Shown in pieces: positions 47,039 through 57,367 of a stretch of DNA of 64,000 bases (the first letter of the stretch is position 1; every line of letters starts with the position of its first letter). The notes under the pieces are model-generated. The model did no database searches, was not told the DNA's origin, and saw only the letters and a program-made list of their open reading frames with translations. This stretch comes from an uncultured Candidatus Micrarchaeota archaeon. GTDB lineage: Archaea > Micrarchaeota > Micrarchaeia > Anstonellales > Bilamarchaeaceae. Made by a program: the position numbers and the translations under genes. The stretch covers positions 416,001 through 480,000 of the forward strand of contig OY970229.1 of the NCBI GenBank assembly GCA_963714085.1, in the 5' to 3' direction.

Positions 47039-48226
47039 TCACACCACGGTTCCCCAGGCGGAGAGCCTCCACCGCTGGCCGACCCGCTTGCTGAGCGCGA
47101 CCTTGGTGCCCTTCTCCGCGACCACCGGCTTCTTGAGCAGCACGGTCGCCACGCCTTTGGCGAGATTGGTTATCGCGCCCACGCCGGTCGCGGTGTGCAC
47201 GTTGAGCACCACCGGCTCGCCGTCGCGGAGGGGCGCTATCTCGGTGTCCGTGCGCTTGAGCATCTCGTATTTCACTTTCACGGTGTTGGCCGCGTCCGGG
47301 AGCTCGCCCGGCCTGCCTATCATCGAGCCCACGAGCGCGTCGGATTTCGTTATGGACGGGTCTATGGACGTCCCCACCGCGATGAGGCCGCCGGGCTTGG
47401 CGACCTCGAGCGTCTCGTTCTCCTCCATTATGCTCCTGGCCTCGCAGGCCACGGTGATCGGCGGGCCGCCCGCTTTCCGGACGATGCCCGGCTTTATCTC
47501 TATCTTCTCGCCGGATTTGAGCACGCCCTGCACTATGGAGCCGCCCAGCACGCCCCCGTTCAGCGATGATATCTTCGTGCCCGGCTTGTTGACGTCGAAT
47601 GAGCGCGAAACGTACATGCGCAGCGGCGCGGCCTCGTCCCGCTTGGGGGTCGGTATGCGCTCCTCGATCCTGGCCACCAGCTCGCCGATGTTGAGCTTGT
47701 AATTCGATGATACGGGCACTATCGGGGAGCTCTCCGCGACGCTTCCTTTGAGGAACTTCTTTATCTGCGCGTAGTTCTCCAGCGCCTTCTCCTTCGACAC
47801 CAGGTCGATCTTGGTCTGCACCACTATTATGTTCTTCACGCCCATGGACTCGAGCACGATGAGGTGCTCCACGGTCTGGGGCTGGGGGCATGGCTCGTTC
47901 GCCGCTATGAGGAACAGCGCGGCGTCGAGGAGGTTCGATGCCGCGATGACCGCGGTCATGAGCGTCTCGTGGCCCGGCGCGTCTATTATGGATATCTTTC
48001 TCCTGAACTCGGCCTTACCGCCGCAGTCGCACGTGTCCTGCACGGTGTACTTGCCGCACTTGGAGCACTGGTAGACCTTGAAGTCGGCATAGCCCAGCCG
48101 GATGGATATGCCTCTCTTTATCTCTTCAGAATGCGTGTCGGTCCATTTACCGGTGAGCGCAGATGTCAGGGTGGTCTTGCCATGGTCCACATGGCCGAGC
48201 ATCCCTATGTTCAGTTCAGCCTGCAA
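47039..48226 (-). CDS. eif2g: Translation initiation factor 2 gamma subunit
   Basis: GHVDHGKTT, EEIKRGISIRLGYAD, DAPGHE, PCPQPQT, RSFDVNKPG; TTG start after GGTGA. Confidence 0.97.
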   Translation of the reverse strand: MQAELNIGMLGHVDHGKTTLTSALTGKWTDTHSEEIKRGISIRLGYADFKVYQCSKCGKYTVQDTCDCGGKAEFRRKISIIDAPGHETLMTAVIAASNLLDAALFLIAANEPCPQPQTVEHLIVLESMGVKNIIVVQTKIDLVSKEKALENYAQIKKFLKGSVAESSPIVPVSSNYKLNIGELVARIEERIPTPKRDEAAPLRMYVSRSFDVNKPGTKISSLNGGVLGGSIVQGVLKSGEKIEIKPGIVRKAGGPPITVACEARSIMEENETLEVAKPGGLIAVGTSIDPSITKSDALVGSMIGRPGELPDAANTVKVKYEMLKRTDTEIAPLRDGEPVVLNVHTATGVGAITNLAKGVATVLLKKPVVAEKGTKVALSKRVGQRWRLSAWGTVV

Positions 48227-48236
48227 AGAGGGTCAC

Positions 48237-48632
48237 CTATTTCTTCTCCTGCTTCTTCTCGGTTTTCGGGAAGAACTGCTCGAGGGGGGTCGCGCCTGCG
48301 GCCACGACCTTGGCGTTCACCTGCGCGGTGTCCGCTGAGAACGTGTTGCCGCGCATCATGCGCCTCTGCCTCTCGCCGTTGCGCTTGGTGTGGAAGCCCA
48401 CGCCTTCGCTGACGAGCACCGCGACCTTTCTCTGACCGGGTATCTCCTCCCTCATTGGGAAGCCGGAGTTGTCCGATCCGCCCGTGAATTCGAGCTGGTA
48501 TCCGGCCGCGCCGAGCACTCCGCCATCCAGCTTGTCGCCGATCTTCTTGCCGGCTATGTGCGCCTCGTGCTCCTTGGAGACTTCCGCCTGGTAGCTTTTT
48601 CCTGTCTTAGGGTCCGATATCACTATGCGCAT
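48237..48632 (-). CDS. rps6e: 30S ribosomal protein S6e
   Basis: ISDPKTGKSYQ, GKKIGD, TGGSDNSGFPMR, GERQRR..RGN. Confidence 0.96.
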   Translation of the reverse strand: MRIVISDPKTGKSYQAEVSKEHEAHIAGKKIGDKLDGGVLGAAGYQLEFTGGSDNSGFPMREEIPGQRKVAVLVSEGVGFHTKRNGERQRRMMRGNTFSADTAQVNAKVVAAGATPLEQFFPKTEKKQEKK

Positions 48633-48728
48633 AACGATCCACCTCATGAACAGAATCTGGAGTAGAATCTAGGAATGAGTTTATAGAAGTTTAATTTAAA
48701 AAGTAATAGGAAAAAAAAGGGGAAGGAT

Positions 48729-48944
48729 TTACGCGTTCTTCAGCTTCGCCTTGTAAACGTATCCGTCCTTGCCGAGGAAGTACATCCAGCCGGACTCTTT
48801 CGAGATCTTCTCGTTTCCGACTTTCTTTTTCCTGCCTTTCTTGTTGTGCTTCATCGGAGCTGCCCAAACGAAACCGTCTTTACCTACGTAGTAAAGATAG
48901 CCGTCCTCCCGCGAAATCTTTTCTGATCCGATTCTTGTTCCCAT
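48729..48944 (-). CDS. Small basic protein made of two tandem repeats (candidate nucleic-acid-binding)
   Basis: EKISREDGYLYYVGKDGFV / EKISKESGWMYFLGKDGYV; strong GGAGGGTGA RBS. Confidence 0.8.
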   Translation of the reverse strand: MGTRIGSEKISREDGYLYYVGKDGFVWAAPMKHNKKGRKKKVGNEKISKESGWMYFLGKDGYVYKAKLKNA

Positions 48945-49111
48945 CTTGTCACCCTCCAAATGCCTCTTTTTCCACGGGGCGAAGACGTCGTAAAAACCGT
49001 GGCATGGGCTATTACAGAGATATAATTTATAAAGCTTTCGACGGTGGAACGACGGTGAAAATGGGTTTTCCTGATGGGGATTTTTAAAGGCAGCCTGACA
49101 AAATAAGGAAT

Positions 49112-49375
49112 ATGTTCGAATTGTTCGCGAGGCCCAAGCCTTGCCGCATCATGGTGACGCTCAAGGACCCGACCAATACGTGGTACCTCTCGAAAATAGC
49201 GGTCAGCACCGGCACCACCTACGTCTATGTCACGAAGCTGGTGTCCAAGCTCGAGAAGAGCGGCTACCTGCAGATAGAGGCCAAGGGCAAGAAGAGGGTA
49301 GTGAAGCTCACCGAGCGCGGGCTCCTCGTCGCCAACGCGATAACGGATTTGAACAGCAGGCTGGACACCAAATAG
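49112..49375 (+). CDS. MarR-like winged-helix regulator
   Basis: YLSKIA..TYVYVTKLVSKLEKSG..GKKRVVKLTERG. Confidence 0.88.
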   Translation: MFELFARPKPCRIMVTLKDPTNTWYLSKIAVSTGTTYVYVTKLVSKLEKSGYLQIEAKGKKRVVKLTERGLLVANAITDLNSRLDTK

Positions 49376-49383
49376 GTGACCGC

Positions 49384-49830
49384 ATGGCCGATCGTCTCGT
49401 TAACGGCTTATTGATCGGCCTCGCCTTTGTCGCTATCGGAGCATGGCTCATGTACTCCGATTATGTGGCATCGACATGGAATCCGGTCGAGGGCCGAATA
49501 ATATCGTCTGCTGTGGCTACCATCAGTCCAGAAGGCGTCTATGGGAGGACCACATACCAGGCTGACATCCAATACGGATATTCGGTCGGAGGGAAAGAAT
49601 ACACGGGCAGCTGCTGCCAGGAAGTCAGCACCAACGCCGGCGATGCAGGGGAGATGGTCAATAAGCATAGTCCGAACGATACGGCGCAGATAATGGTCGA
49701 CCCGAACGATCCGAACCAGTCCAAGCTCACGGACGACATCCAGCCATCTAACTGGGTGCACATCATGATGATATTGGTAGGCGTTCTCCTCATTGCGGCC
49801 TACGTTTACTTACGACAGCGATCTAAATAG
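49384..49830 (+). CDS. DUF3592-like membrane protein
   Basis: TM, WNPVEGRIISS, YGYSVGGKEYTG, VDPNDPNQS, C-terminal TM. Confidence 0.8.
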   Translation: MADRLVNGLLIGLAFVAIGAWLMYSDYVASTWNPVEGRIISSAVATISPEGVYGRTTYQADIQYGYSVGGKEYTGSCCQEVSTNAGDAGEMVNKHSPNDTAQIMVDPNDPNQSKLTDDIQPSNWVHIMMILVGVLLIAAYVYLRQRSK

Positions 49831-49838
49831 GAAAAAAA

Positions 49839-50321
49839 TCACACTACCCTTATGCTCGTCTTCCTCTGCACAGAGGCGTAGACCTTGTTGTAGTCCTGGT
49901 AGTGCGCGTAGGCGCTGACATCCATCATGTAGTCGCCGGCCGCGGTCTGGTTGCTCGCCCACACGGGGATCGAGACCTCCTTCGTCTCCCCGGGCTGCAC
50001 CTCGCCGACCTTCTTCTCCGTCATCTTGTTGATGCAAGCCGGGTCGAAGCCGACCAGCTCCTTCCTCGGGAGCAGGACATCCACGGACACGAGCTGCGGG
50101 TCGTTGGTTATGTTCGTGAGCCTCACCACGAGATTGACCGAGTTCGCCTTCATCGCGCTCAGGCGCAGCGGGAGGAACGATGTTGATATCCTGAACGGCA
50201 CGACCGGGACTCGCTTGGAGGCGTCGCTGGTCACGGACGCCTTGGACTCCTTGCTCGCCCTACTGCCTTCCTTCCCGAACTTCCTCTCCTCCTCACCCAA
50301 AAGCGAATCCAGAAAACCCAT
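49839..50321 (-). CDS. Hypothetical protein with Ig-like/CARDB-like beta fold
   Basis: VRLTN, GEVQPGETKEVSIPV, AGDY pattern; no signal peptide. Confidence 0.65.
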   Translation of the reverse strand: MGFLDSLLGEEERKFGKEGSRASKESKASVTSDASKRVPVVPFRISTSFLPLRLSAMKANSVNLVVRLTNITNDPQLVSVDVLLPRKELVGFDPACINKMTEKKVGEVQPGETKEVSIPVWASNQTAAGDYMMDVSAYAHYQDYNKVYASVQRKTSIRVV

Positions 50322-50373
50322 TTTATCACCAAAGGCACGGAAACCGATTGTTGCCTGCTTATATCATATGTAG

Positions 50374-50922
50374 TTAGAATATTAAAACTGCCGCCGCGAG
50401 CACGGAGGTCCATTTGCCGTTCTTGTCGGATATCGCGGACTGCGTCACGTTGCTCGTGCGCACCATCTTGCCGGACATCTTGAAATATTTCTCCCTCTCG
50501 TTCCAAGCGGTCTCCGTGTCGAAGTCGATGCCGAGCGTGGACGCGAGCATGGACGCTGCCAAATCCTCGGCGTAATCCGCCGCCTTCTTCTCGGTCTGGC
50601 CGAACGCGTGGTGCTCGCTCAGGTAGCCGTACATCTTCTTGTTGGCCGGGACCGCGCTACCTACGCTGGTGACGAGCAGGCGGTTCGGCTCGTTGCAGGA
50701 CGCGCGGGACATCACGAGGAAGACGACCTGCCCGGGCTTGAGGTGCTTGAGCCCCTCCTTCTTGGATATTATCTTGGCGTTCGGCGGCAGGATGGACGAG
50801 ACGGACACGAGGTTGTATGGCGCTATGCCCGCGTCCCTGAGCGCCATCTCGAACGAATGCAGCTGGTCCTTGCTCTTCCCCGCACCTTTCGTGAAGAAAA
50901 TCTTCGTCGGCACAAAATCCAT
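50374..50922 (-). CDS. pdaD: Pyruvoyl-dependent arginine decarboxylase
   Basis: SFEMALRDAGIAPYNLVSVSSILPP (SS cleavage site), GYLSEHH. Confidence 0.95.
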   Translation of the reverse strand: MDFVPTKIFFTKGAGKSKDQLHSFEMALRDAGIAPYNLVSVSSILPPNAKIISKKEGLKHLKPGQVVFLVMSRASCNEPNRLLVTSVGSAVPANKKMYGYLSEHHAFGQTEKKAADYAEDLAASMLASTLGIDFDTETAWNEREKYFKMSGKMVRTSNVTQSAISDKNGKWTSVLAAAVLIF

Positions 50923-51057
50923 TAGATCACATCGCAGCTACTGTTTTGCCATTCCCTGTTTTTTCTAAGATTTTTTCCCGCTACCTTCTAAAAGAAAAGT
51001 GTTTTTTAATCTTTGCTGGATGATTATACGAAAATCCAACGTGTCAGGGTGGGAACC

Positions 51058-52344
51058 ATGGAAATAAAACCTTTGTACGCGGTCATCGCTCTCGTAGTCG
51101 TATTCCTGGCGCTGTTCGCGGCCAGCCAGCTCATGGCTCCGCCGCCCGTGGCGCCGGATTACTCGGCCCAGGCAGAGGCCATCTTCATGAGGGGGGCTTC
51201 GGCCGGAGAGAACGCGAGCGCCTACACCTACGCCTACACCGAATCCTCAAACGGCTTCCTCGAGAATTACACGCTCGAGTACGACGGGAGCATCTCGTCG
51301 GTCGAGGTGTCCAGCATCCTGTCCGACAGGAAGCTCTATTTCCTGAAGAACGACACCGTCCTGTGCGTGGACTTCGCGGGTGCGAGCGCCTGCTCGTCGG
51401 TGGAGAACGTGAGCGGCGCTGCTTCCTACGTCGCGGACATGCATGATCGGCTGTTCAACCCGGCCGCCATAGAGACGATGAAGGCCGATTACGCGTACAT
51501 GTACAACAAAAGCATACTGACGTTCTCGCCGGACATGCAGGAGATGGTCCTTCCGGACGGCAGGGAGTGCACCCAGATAGAGTACACCATCGATTACCAG
51601 AACATAACGCTGGAGGACATGAGCAAGCTGGGCGTCACGGCCGCGACTCCGCGGATATTCCAATTCGTGTCCTGCGTCGGGACCGACGGCGTCATCGACC
51701 AGCTGTATTTCAATTACACCTACCAGGGGAGCTTGTACACCGCCCAGCAAAAGCTCATCACCGCGGATTTCGCCACGGTGCCCGCGATAAACCCGCCGCA
51801 GAACCTGTCCGGAGACGCCTTCAGCATCGCATCCGATGAAAACACCGCGAGGGACGCTCTGTTCCAGTGCTATCTCTCCCAGCCAGAGGGAGAGGCGCGC
51901 GGCACGTGCATCCAGAACATCGCGCTGGAGCTGAGCGACAAGGACCTCTGCGACGCGGCAGGCACGGTGCGCGACAGGTGCCTGGTCTCGTTCATGCCGT
52001 ACATCAGGGACCCGAGCGTATGCACCACGATGAGCATGCCGGAGTTCAAGGACGACTGCTACATCGAGCTTGCCGGCGCGTACAAGAACAGCACCTGGTG
52101 CAACATGGTGAACGACAGCACGAAGAAGGACTATTGCTTGCAGATAGCCACGCAGTCTCCGGCGGAGAATGAAACCCCGGCGGCCAACGGGACCGGCTCC
52201 GTGGCACAGAACGCCTCGGAGAACGAGAGCGCGATCCCGGCGGCGGTGGCCGCGATCTTCAACGAGATGGAGAACTCGACCGGCACGGCGAACTCCACAA
52301 GCTCCTCAGGCCCGGAGAATTCCACCGCGAACGCCACGGGTTGA
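51058..52344 (+). CDS. Membrane-anchored extracellular protein with Cys-rich helical repeats
   Basis: N-terminal TM; repeated C....A....D...C......D.C units; S/T/N-rich tail. Confidence 0.8.
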   Translation: MEIKPLYAVIALVVVFLALFAASQLMAPPPVAPDYSAQAEAIFMRGASAGENASAYTYAYTESSNGFLENYTLEYDGSISSVEVSSILSDRKLYFLKNDTVLCVDFAGASACSSVENVSGAASYVADMHDRLFNPAAIETMKADYAYMYNKSILTFSPDMQEMVLPDGRECTQIEYTIDYQNITLEDMSKLGVTAATPRIFQFVSCVGTDGVIDQLYFNYTYQGSLYTAQQKLITADFATVPAINPPQNLSGDAFSIASDENTARDALFQCYLSQPEGEARGTCIQNIALELSDKDLCDAAGTVRDRCLVSFMPYIRDPSVCTTMSMPEFKDDCYIELAGAYKNSTWCNMVNDSTKKDYCLQIATQSPAENETPAANGTGSVAQNASENESAIPAAVAAIFNEMENSTGTANSTSSSGPENSTANATG

Positions 52345-52350
52345 GACCCG

Positions 52351-53562
52351 ATGAAAATAGCCCTGTTCACGGATACCTGGCATCCCCAGGTCAACGGGGT
52401 CGTCTCCTACCTGGACAGCATGCTCCCGTACATCGCCAAAGGCAACGAGGTCATCCTGTTCGCTCCTGGGGATTGCAAGAGGATAGAATCCGTGCGGGGC
52501 AAATACGGCGTGAAGACGTACTGGATCCCCGCATCCCCGTTCCCGTACTACGAGGGCTACCGTATGAGCGGGATGTACGCCCATGAGATATCCCAGATAC
52601 TCAAACAAGAGAAGCCGGACGTCGTCCATGCCCATGCGCCGGTGCTGCTGGGGCTCCAGGGCCTCGTGGCAGCCAAGAGGCGCGGCATCCCGGTGGTCGC
52701 CACATACCACACGCACTTCCCGGATTACCTCCCCTACCTGCTGGACGGCAAATTCCCAGGATTCGTGGGTACGCTGGGAAGGACCACGGTGAAGGGGCTC
52801 ATCAGGTTCGTGTTCTCCATGACCGAGAGCACGATCGCCCCCACGGACGAGCTGGCCAGGGAGCTGAGGGCGTACGGCGTGAGGAACGTCATCGTCATCC
52901 CCAACGGCATAGACCTGGGGCGGCTTAAGGCCACCGAAGCGCAGAAAGCCAGGTTCAGGAAGAGATACCGCATACCTGCGGGCAGGAAGCTGATACTCTA
53001 CGTGGGCCGGCTCGGCTTCGAGAAACGGCTCGACGTGCTCCTCGCTGCGCTCCCCAGGCTCAAGGCCAGGGACTGGTTCCTCTTGGTCGTCGGCTCAGGG
53101 CCGCAGCAGGAGGGCTACCTGCGCGAGGCCGAGGCGCTCGGCCTGAGGAATGCGAGGTTCACCGGCCTTGTCAGCGGCGACGAGCTGTGCGCGGCGTATG
53201 CGTGCGCAGACGTGTTCGCATCGGCGTCCGACTCAGAGACGTTCGGGCTCACGTTCATAGAGGCCATGTCCTTCGGAGTCCCGACCGTGGGCGTGGACAA
53301 GCTCGGCCCCAGGGAGATAATCAGGAACGGGATTAACGGCTTCCTGGTGAAGCCCGGCGACAGCGCAGCCATGGCGAAGAGGATAGATATGCTGCTGTCC
53401 GACGCGAAGCTGCGGAAGCGGCTGGGGGCGCAGGCGAAGGCCACGGCGGCGAGGTTCACCATAGAGAGCAGCGCTGAGGCCACCCTGCGGGCCTATCGGG
53501 AAGTCGTTGAGGCGAAGGGGAGGAAACGCGGGTGGGGACGGTTCATCCCGGCCATCAAATGA
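52351..53562 (+). CDS. GT4 family glycosyltransferase
   Basis: FTDTWHPQVNGVV, TYHT, YVGRLGFEK, SETFGLTFIEAM. Confidence 0.95.
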   Translation: MKIALFTDTWHPQVNGVVSYLDSMLPYIAKGNEVILFAPGDCKRIESVRGKYGVKTYWIPASPFPYYEGYRMSGMYAHEISQILKQEKPDVVHAHAPVLLGLQGLVAAKRRGIPVVATYHTHFPDYLPYLLDGKFPGFVGTLGRTTVKGLIRFVFSMTESTIAPTDELARELRAYGVRNVIVIPNGIDLGRLKATEAQKARFRKRYRIPAGRKLILYVGRLGFEKRLDVLLAALPRLKARDWFLLVVGSGPQQEGYLREAEALGLRNARFTGLVSGDELCAAYACADVFASASDSETFGLTFIEAMSFGVPTVGVDKLGPREIIRNGINGFLVKPGDSAAMAKRIDMLLSDAKLRKRLGAQAKATAARFTIESSAEATLRAYREVVEAKGRKRGWGRFIPAIK

Positions 53563-53631
53563 ACGCCTGTGTGATGCAAACCGCCAGTACCTCAACAGAA
53601 AAGCTTATATACTCGGAATGACAGAATATGT

Positions 53632-54408
53632 ATGTTATCACAACATGCGGGTGGTTCATTGGCTAAGAACAGGAAAGTATCAAGAAAGAAGACGGCAAGA
53701 CCTGTCGCCTCGAAGATGAAAGTGAAGGGCAAGACCAGGGTCGCCGCCAGGCCGCTAGCCAGCAGGAAAAGGGCCAAAATCACCCTTGCCAAGGCGAAGA
53801 AGACCACGAAAAAGGCCGCCCCATCGAAGAACACGGTCAGGGCGCCGATACTGTTCTCAGCCAAGAAGCAATCCATAAAGATCGTCAGCCCCACGAAGGC
53901 CGCCACCCCGGAGCAGAAGGCCGAGGTGGAGCACATCCACAGGATCCTTTCCGACGCCTATGTCAGGCAGATGCTGATAGAGATAGGCGGCGAGAACGCG
54001 CTCGAGATAGTGAGGCACTTCTACGGGAGCCACAGCGACGAGGAGCTCGCCAAGTCGCTCCAGCTCAGGATCTCGGACGTGCGCGCCACGCTCAACAAGC
54101 TGCACAGCAAGGGCCTAGTGCAGTACGCCCGCGAGAAGGACTCCGAGACCGGATGGTACTCGTATTCCTGGTCGTTGAACAAGGCCCGCATAGTGAAATG
54201 GGTGAGCGAGACCGCGCTCAAGGTCGCTGCCAACGCCGCGGGCGGGGACGGCAACCAATACTATTTCTGTCCGGCCTGCGGCCTGGGGTCCATCATGGAC
54301 TTCGGCGCGGCCACGGACAAGGAGTTCCGCTGCAACAAGTGCAACAAGTCCCTGGAATTCATCGAGGAGGAGAGGTTCTCGGTGATAAACCAGGTCCTCA
54401 GGAAGTAA
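53632..54408 (+). CDS. tfe: Transcription factor E (alpha) with long Lys-rich N-terminal extension
   Basis: [37 protein letters not shown] Zn ribbon; start may be TTG 53659. Confidence 0.9.
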   Translation: MLSQHAGGSLAKNRKVSRKKTARPVASKMKVKGKTRVAARPLASRKRAKITLAKAKKTTKKAAPSKNTVRAPILFSAKKQSIKIVSPTKAATPEQKAEVEHIHRILSDAYVRQMLIEIGGENALEIVRHFYGSHSDEELAKSLQLRISDVRATLNKLHSKGLVQYAREKDSETGWYSYSWSLNKARIVKWVSETALKVAANAAGGDGNQYYFCPACGLGSIMDFGAATDKEFRCNKCNKSLEFIEEERFSVINQVLRK

Positions 54409-54412
54409 TCCG

Positions 54413-54805
54413 ATGAGGGTACAGGAGCTGAACGCGTACCTCGTCGCGAACAACAATGGCAGGATCCTTTTTCTGAAACGGCCCGGCGGCTGGTGGGAAT
54501 TCCCGGGCGGAAAGATTGAATGGGGCGAGACCCCGGAGCAGGCGGCAATACGCGAGCTCAAGGAGGAGACCGCGCTCGTCCCTGCCGGCGTTCTGAAGAT
54601 GCTCGGCATGACCTCCGCGACCTACGAGAAGGATGGGAACGAGAAGCATTCTATTTACATCGTTTATTCTTGTGAAACTACGAGCGACCGCCAGATCATC
54701 TCCGGCGAGCACATGGAGGCCCGCTGGCTCATGCCGCAGGAGGCGAAGTTCCTCAAGCTGGGGCTGAACGCCGAACCTGTGCTGGATATGCTGGATGCCA
54801 AATAG
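54413..54805 (+). CDS. NUDIX hydrolase
   Basis: [24 protein letters not shown]udix box. Confidence 0.95.
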   Translation: MRVQELNAYLVANNNGRILFLKRPGGWWEFPGGKIEWGETPEQAAIRELKEETALVPAGVLKMLGMTSATYEKDGNEKHSIYIVYSCETTSDRQIISGEHMEARWLMPQEAKFLKLGLNAEPVLDMLDAK

Positions 54806-54820
54806 CGCCAAGGATAAGAT

Positions 54821-57355
54821 TCAGACCCCTTTGAACTCCTGCACCATCTTCTCGAGCTCCGGATAGGTTAGCAACATCACCGAATTGGCCTCGACCTCCA
54901 GCTTCATCACGAGCGGCGCCTTGGTGATGGAGTTGAGCTGGCCCGCGAACTCGCCCTTCTCCACGTCGTCCTTGAAAAGCACGATGGTGATGCCCTTGCT
55001 GAGCGTAGAGAGCGCCCTCGTGAGGACGTCCGCGGCGTTGGTCTTGTCGTAGAAGTGCAGGAACATCTGCTGTCCTACCACGGTTATCTCGCTGTCGCAC
55101 ACCTCTGATTCGCCGAGCTGGGTGAAGGGTATCGCGTTGTTGACGCAGATGTCCCTCAGCTTGCGGAGCATCGCCAGGTAGCGCACGCTGTGGCCGGCCT
55201 TCGGCTCCCACTCCTCGAGCCCGTAGTAGTCGAGGAACTCCTTCACCTTTTTCATCCTGACGAGCTGGTTGAGCAGGAACTCGGTGTTGTAGTCGGTTAT
55301 GAATATCGGGTTGCCCCGGAAGTACATGTTCTTGAACCCGTTCTTCACCTCGCTCGCCACCAGCGGGGTGTACTCCCACCTGTAGGTCGTGTTGACACGG
55401 TCGAACACGGACAGCACGGCGTCTGTGGTGAGCGGTATCTTGGTGCGCGAGACCGGCGGGAAATCAGGCACGTCGATGGAGAAGAAGACCTGCTCCTGCC
55501 TGGCGAAGTACAAACCCACTCCCATTATGGCCCCTGCGAGCAGCACGACCAGCAGGAGGCCGGGCGGGAACGGAGGCGGCGGTATGGGCCTGTAGTAGGA
55601 CGCGGTCTTCTGGAAGTTCCCGGCGGTGAATGCGAACGTGTGGTTGCCGTAGGAGAGCGCGTCTCCGCCGCTGTACTGCGAGATGTCCACGCTCAGAGGG
55701 CCTGCGGAGACGCCGCTGAAGTCCTTCTTGAACTTACCGCTGTCCAAGTCGACGCTGAGCGTATCGAGCGTGATCGGAGTATCCACCTGGAATATGTAAA
55801 TGGAGGGCTTCGCGCCCTGGGTCGGCCCGGTTATGGATATGGACTGCACGTCCAGGTAGGTGGAGGCGTAGACCTTGCCCGTGTCGTCCTCCAGGCTGAC
55901 CATGTACTCTCCCTGGTCGAGGGGGATCTGCACGTCCAGATTGGCGTTCTGGGTCTGGGTGTTCACGGTGCCCACTGGGGTGCGCAACACCTCGGTGCCG
56001 TTCAGATCCATGAATGCGAGGGACATGGATGGCGATGCGGGGGTGGGCTCTGCGAGATTGGCGTTCAGCCTTATCACCCCGCCCGTGATGTTGGTGTTCG
56101 TGATGGTGAGCTGGGGCGTGTAGAGCTCGCCGAGGGAAGACTTGCCCACGTTGAGCACCTTCATGTCCTGGAAGGATGAGCCCCTGGGCGTGAGGCCGGT
56201 GAACGACACCTTGACGCTGCGTTTCACTCCGTCGTAGGGCAGGCTGAAGAACTGCTGCGTGCCTGAGAGGCCGGTGGACAGGTTGTCTGCCCTCAGCGTG
56301 TAGGTCGAGCCGGCGTTGTCCGGCACCGCCCATGGCGTCTCCACGACTATTCGTGCGATGTCATGGGCTGCCGCCACCGGGTCCGAGCGCCAGCCGCCGT
56401 CGATGGTCTGAGGGACCATGAGCAGCGTGCCGTTGCCGAAAGGGAGCACGGAGACGCATCCGTAGGCCATCGCGGCGCCGTCCACCTGGTAGAGCGGCTG
56501 GAAGAGCGTGAAATTGTCCGTGCACGTGGGCGAGGCCGTCTCATCGAAGGATATCTGCAGGGACGCGTACACGTCCTGGGGCGTGGTTTGCACGAGCGTG
56601 CCGTTGAGCATGGACTTGAAGGACTGGCCGATGTACACCACGACCACGCCCTCGTTCATCAGGCGCATGATGCTGCCATTGCCGGCCAGCAGCTGCTCGG
56701 GGACCACGCCTGACGGGATTATCACCTCGGCGCCCCTGGGCACGGTCTCCAGCTGCTGGAAAGATATCTCGTCGAGCACCACGCCCGTGCTGCCCAGATC
56801 GCCGCGGAGCGCGGTGAGGAAGTCCGAGTAGCGGGTCGCCTCGATCCGATTCGAGTTCAGCACGAACACCTGCGTCGGCAGCTGCTCGGGGTAGGTCTTG
56901 AGCGAGATCGTGTAGTTCATGATCCCGCTGGTGTTGTAGTTTATGAAGAGCATCGCGACGTGGTCGTTGCTGCCGCGGGACGCGGCGCTGATCACGCTGC
57001 CGGAGATTATCTTGTTGGACAGCGACGCCTTCTCCACGGGCTGGACCTGCGTGTACCCGGGGGATATGTTCGGCATGAGTAGCATCAGTCCGGCAACCAC
57101 GAGGATGATGGCGATCACGAACGCAGCCGCGATGGGCAGCAGGTTGAATCCGCCGGGCGCAGGCGCTTCCTTGGCCGGGCCGGAGGCTGTGGGCGTAGCC
57201 GCCTTCTTCGGGGCCAGGAACGCCTTGAGGGAGTCCCTGAGCTTGTCGAGCCCGCTGCGCGCTATCACCTTGTAGCGCAGCACGTACTGGTATCGCTTGT
57301 GGGCTTCGAACTTGTATATGCCCCTGCGGATCTTCAGTGCGCCTATCTCGACCAT
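54821..57355 (-). CDS. Two-TM membrane protein with large extracellular domain (ATPase operon gene 5)
   Basis: TMs near aa 72-93 and 598-617; N-glycosylation sequons between them. Confidence 0.82.
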   Translation of the reverse strand: MVEIGALKIRRGIYKFEAHKRYQYVLRYKVIARSGLDKLRDSLKAFLAPKKAATPTASGPAKEAPAPGGFNLLPIAAAFVIAIILVVAGLMLLMPNISPGYTQVQPVEKASLSNKIISGSVISAASRGSNDHVAMLFINYNTSGIMNYTISLKTYPEQLPTQVFVLNSNRIEATRYSDFLTALRGDLGSTGVVLDEISFQQLETVPRGAEVIIPSGVVPEQLLAGNGSIMRLMNEGVVVVYIGQSFKSMLNGTLVQTTPQDVYASLQISFDETASPTCTDNFTLFQPLYQVDGAAMAYGCVSVLPFGNGTLLMVPQTIDGGWRSDPVAAAHDIARIVVETPWAVPDNAGSTYTLRADNLSTGLSGTQQFFSLPYDGVKRSVKVSFTGLTPRGSSFQDMKVLNVGKSSLGELYTPQLTITNTNITGGVIRLNANLAEPTPASPSMSLAFMDLNGTEVLRTPVGTVNTQTQNANLDVQIPLDQGEYMVSLEDDTGKVYASTYLDVQSISITGPTQGAKPSIYIFQVDTPITLDTLSVDLDSGKFKKDFSGVSAGPLSVDISQYSGGDALSYGNHTFAFTAGNFQKTASYYRPIPPPPFPPGLLLVVLLAGAIMGVGLYFARQEQVFFSIDVPDFPPVSRTKIPLTTDAVLSVFDRVNTTYRWEYTPLVASEVKNGFKNMYFRGNPIFITDYNTEFLLNQLVRMKKVKEFLDYYGLEEWEPKAGHSVRYLAMLRKLRDICVNNAIPFTQLGESEVCDSEITVVGQQMFLHFYDKTNAADVLTRALSTLSKGITIVLFKDDVEKGEFAGQLNSITKAPLVMKLEVEANSVMLLTYPELEKMVQEFKGV

Positions 57356-57367
57356 CGCAAATCACGC

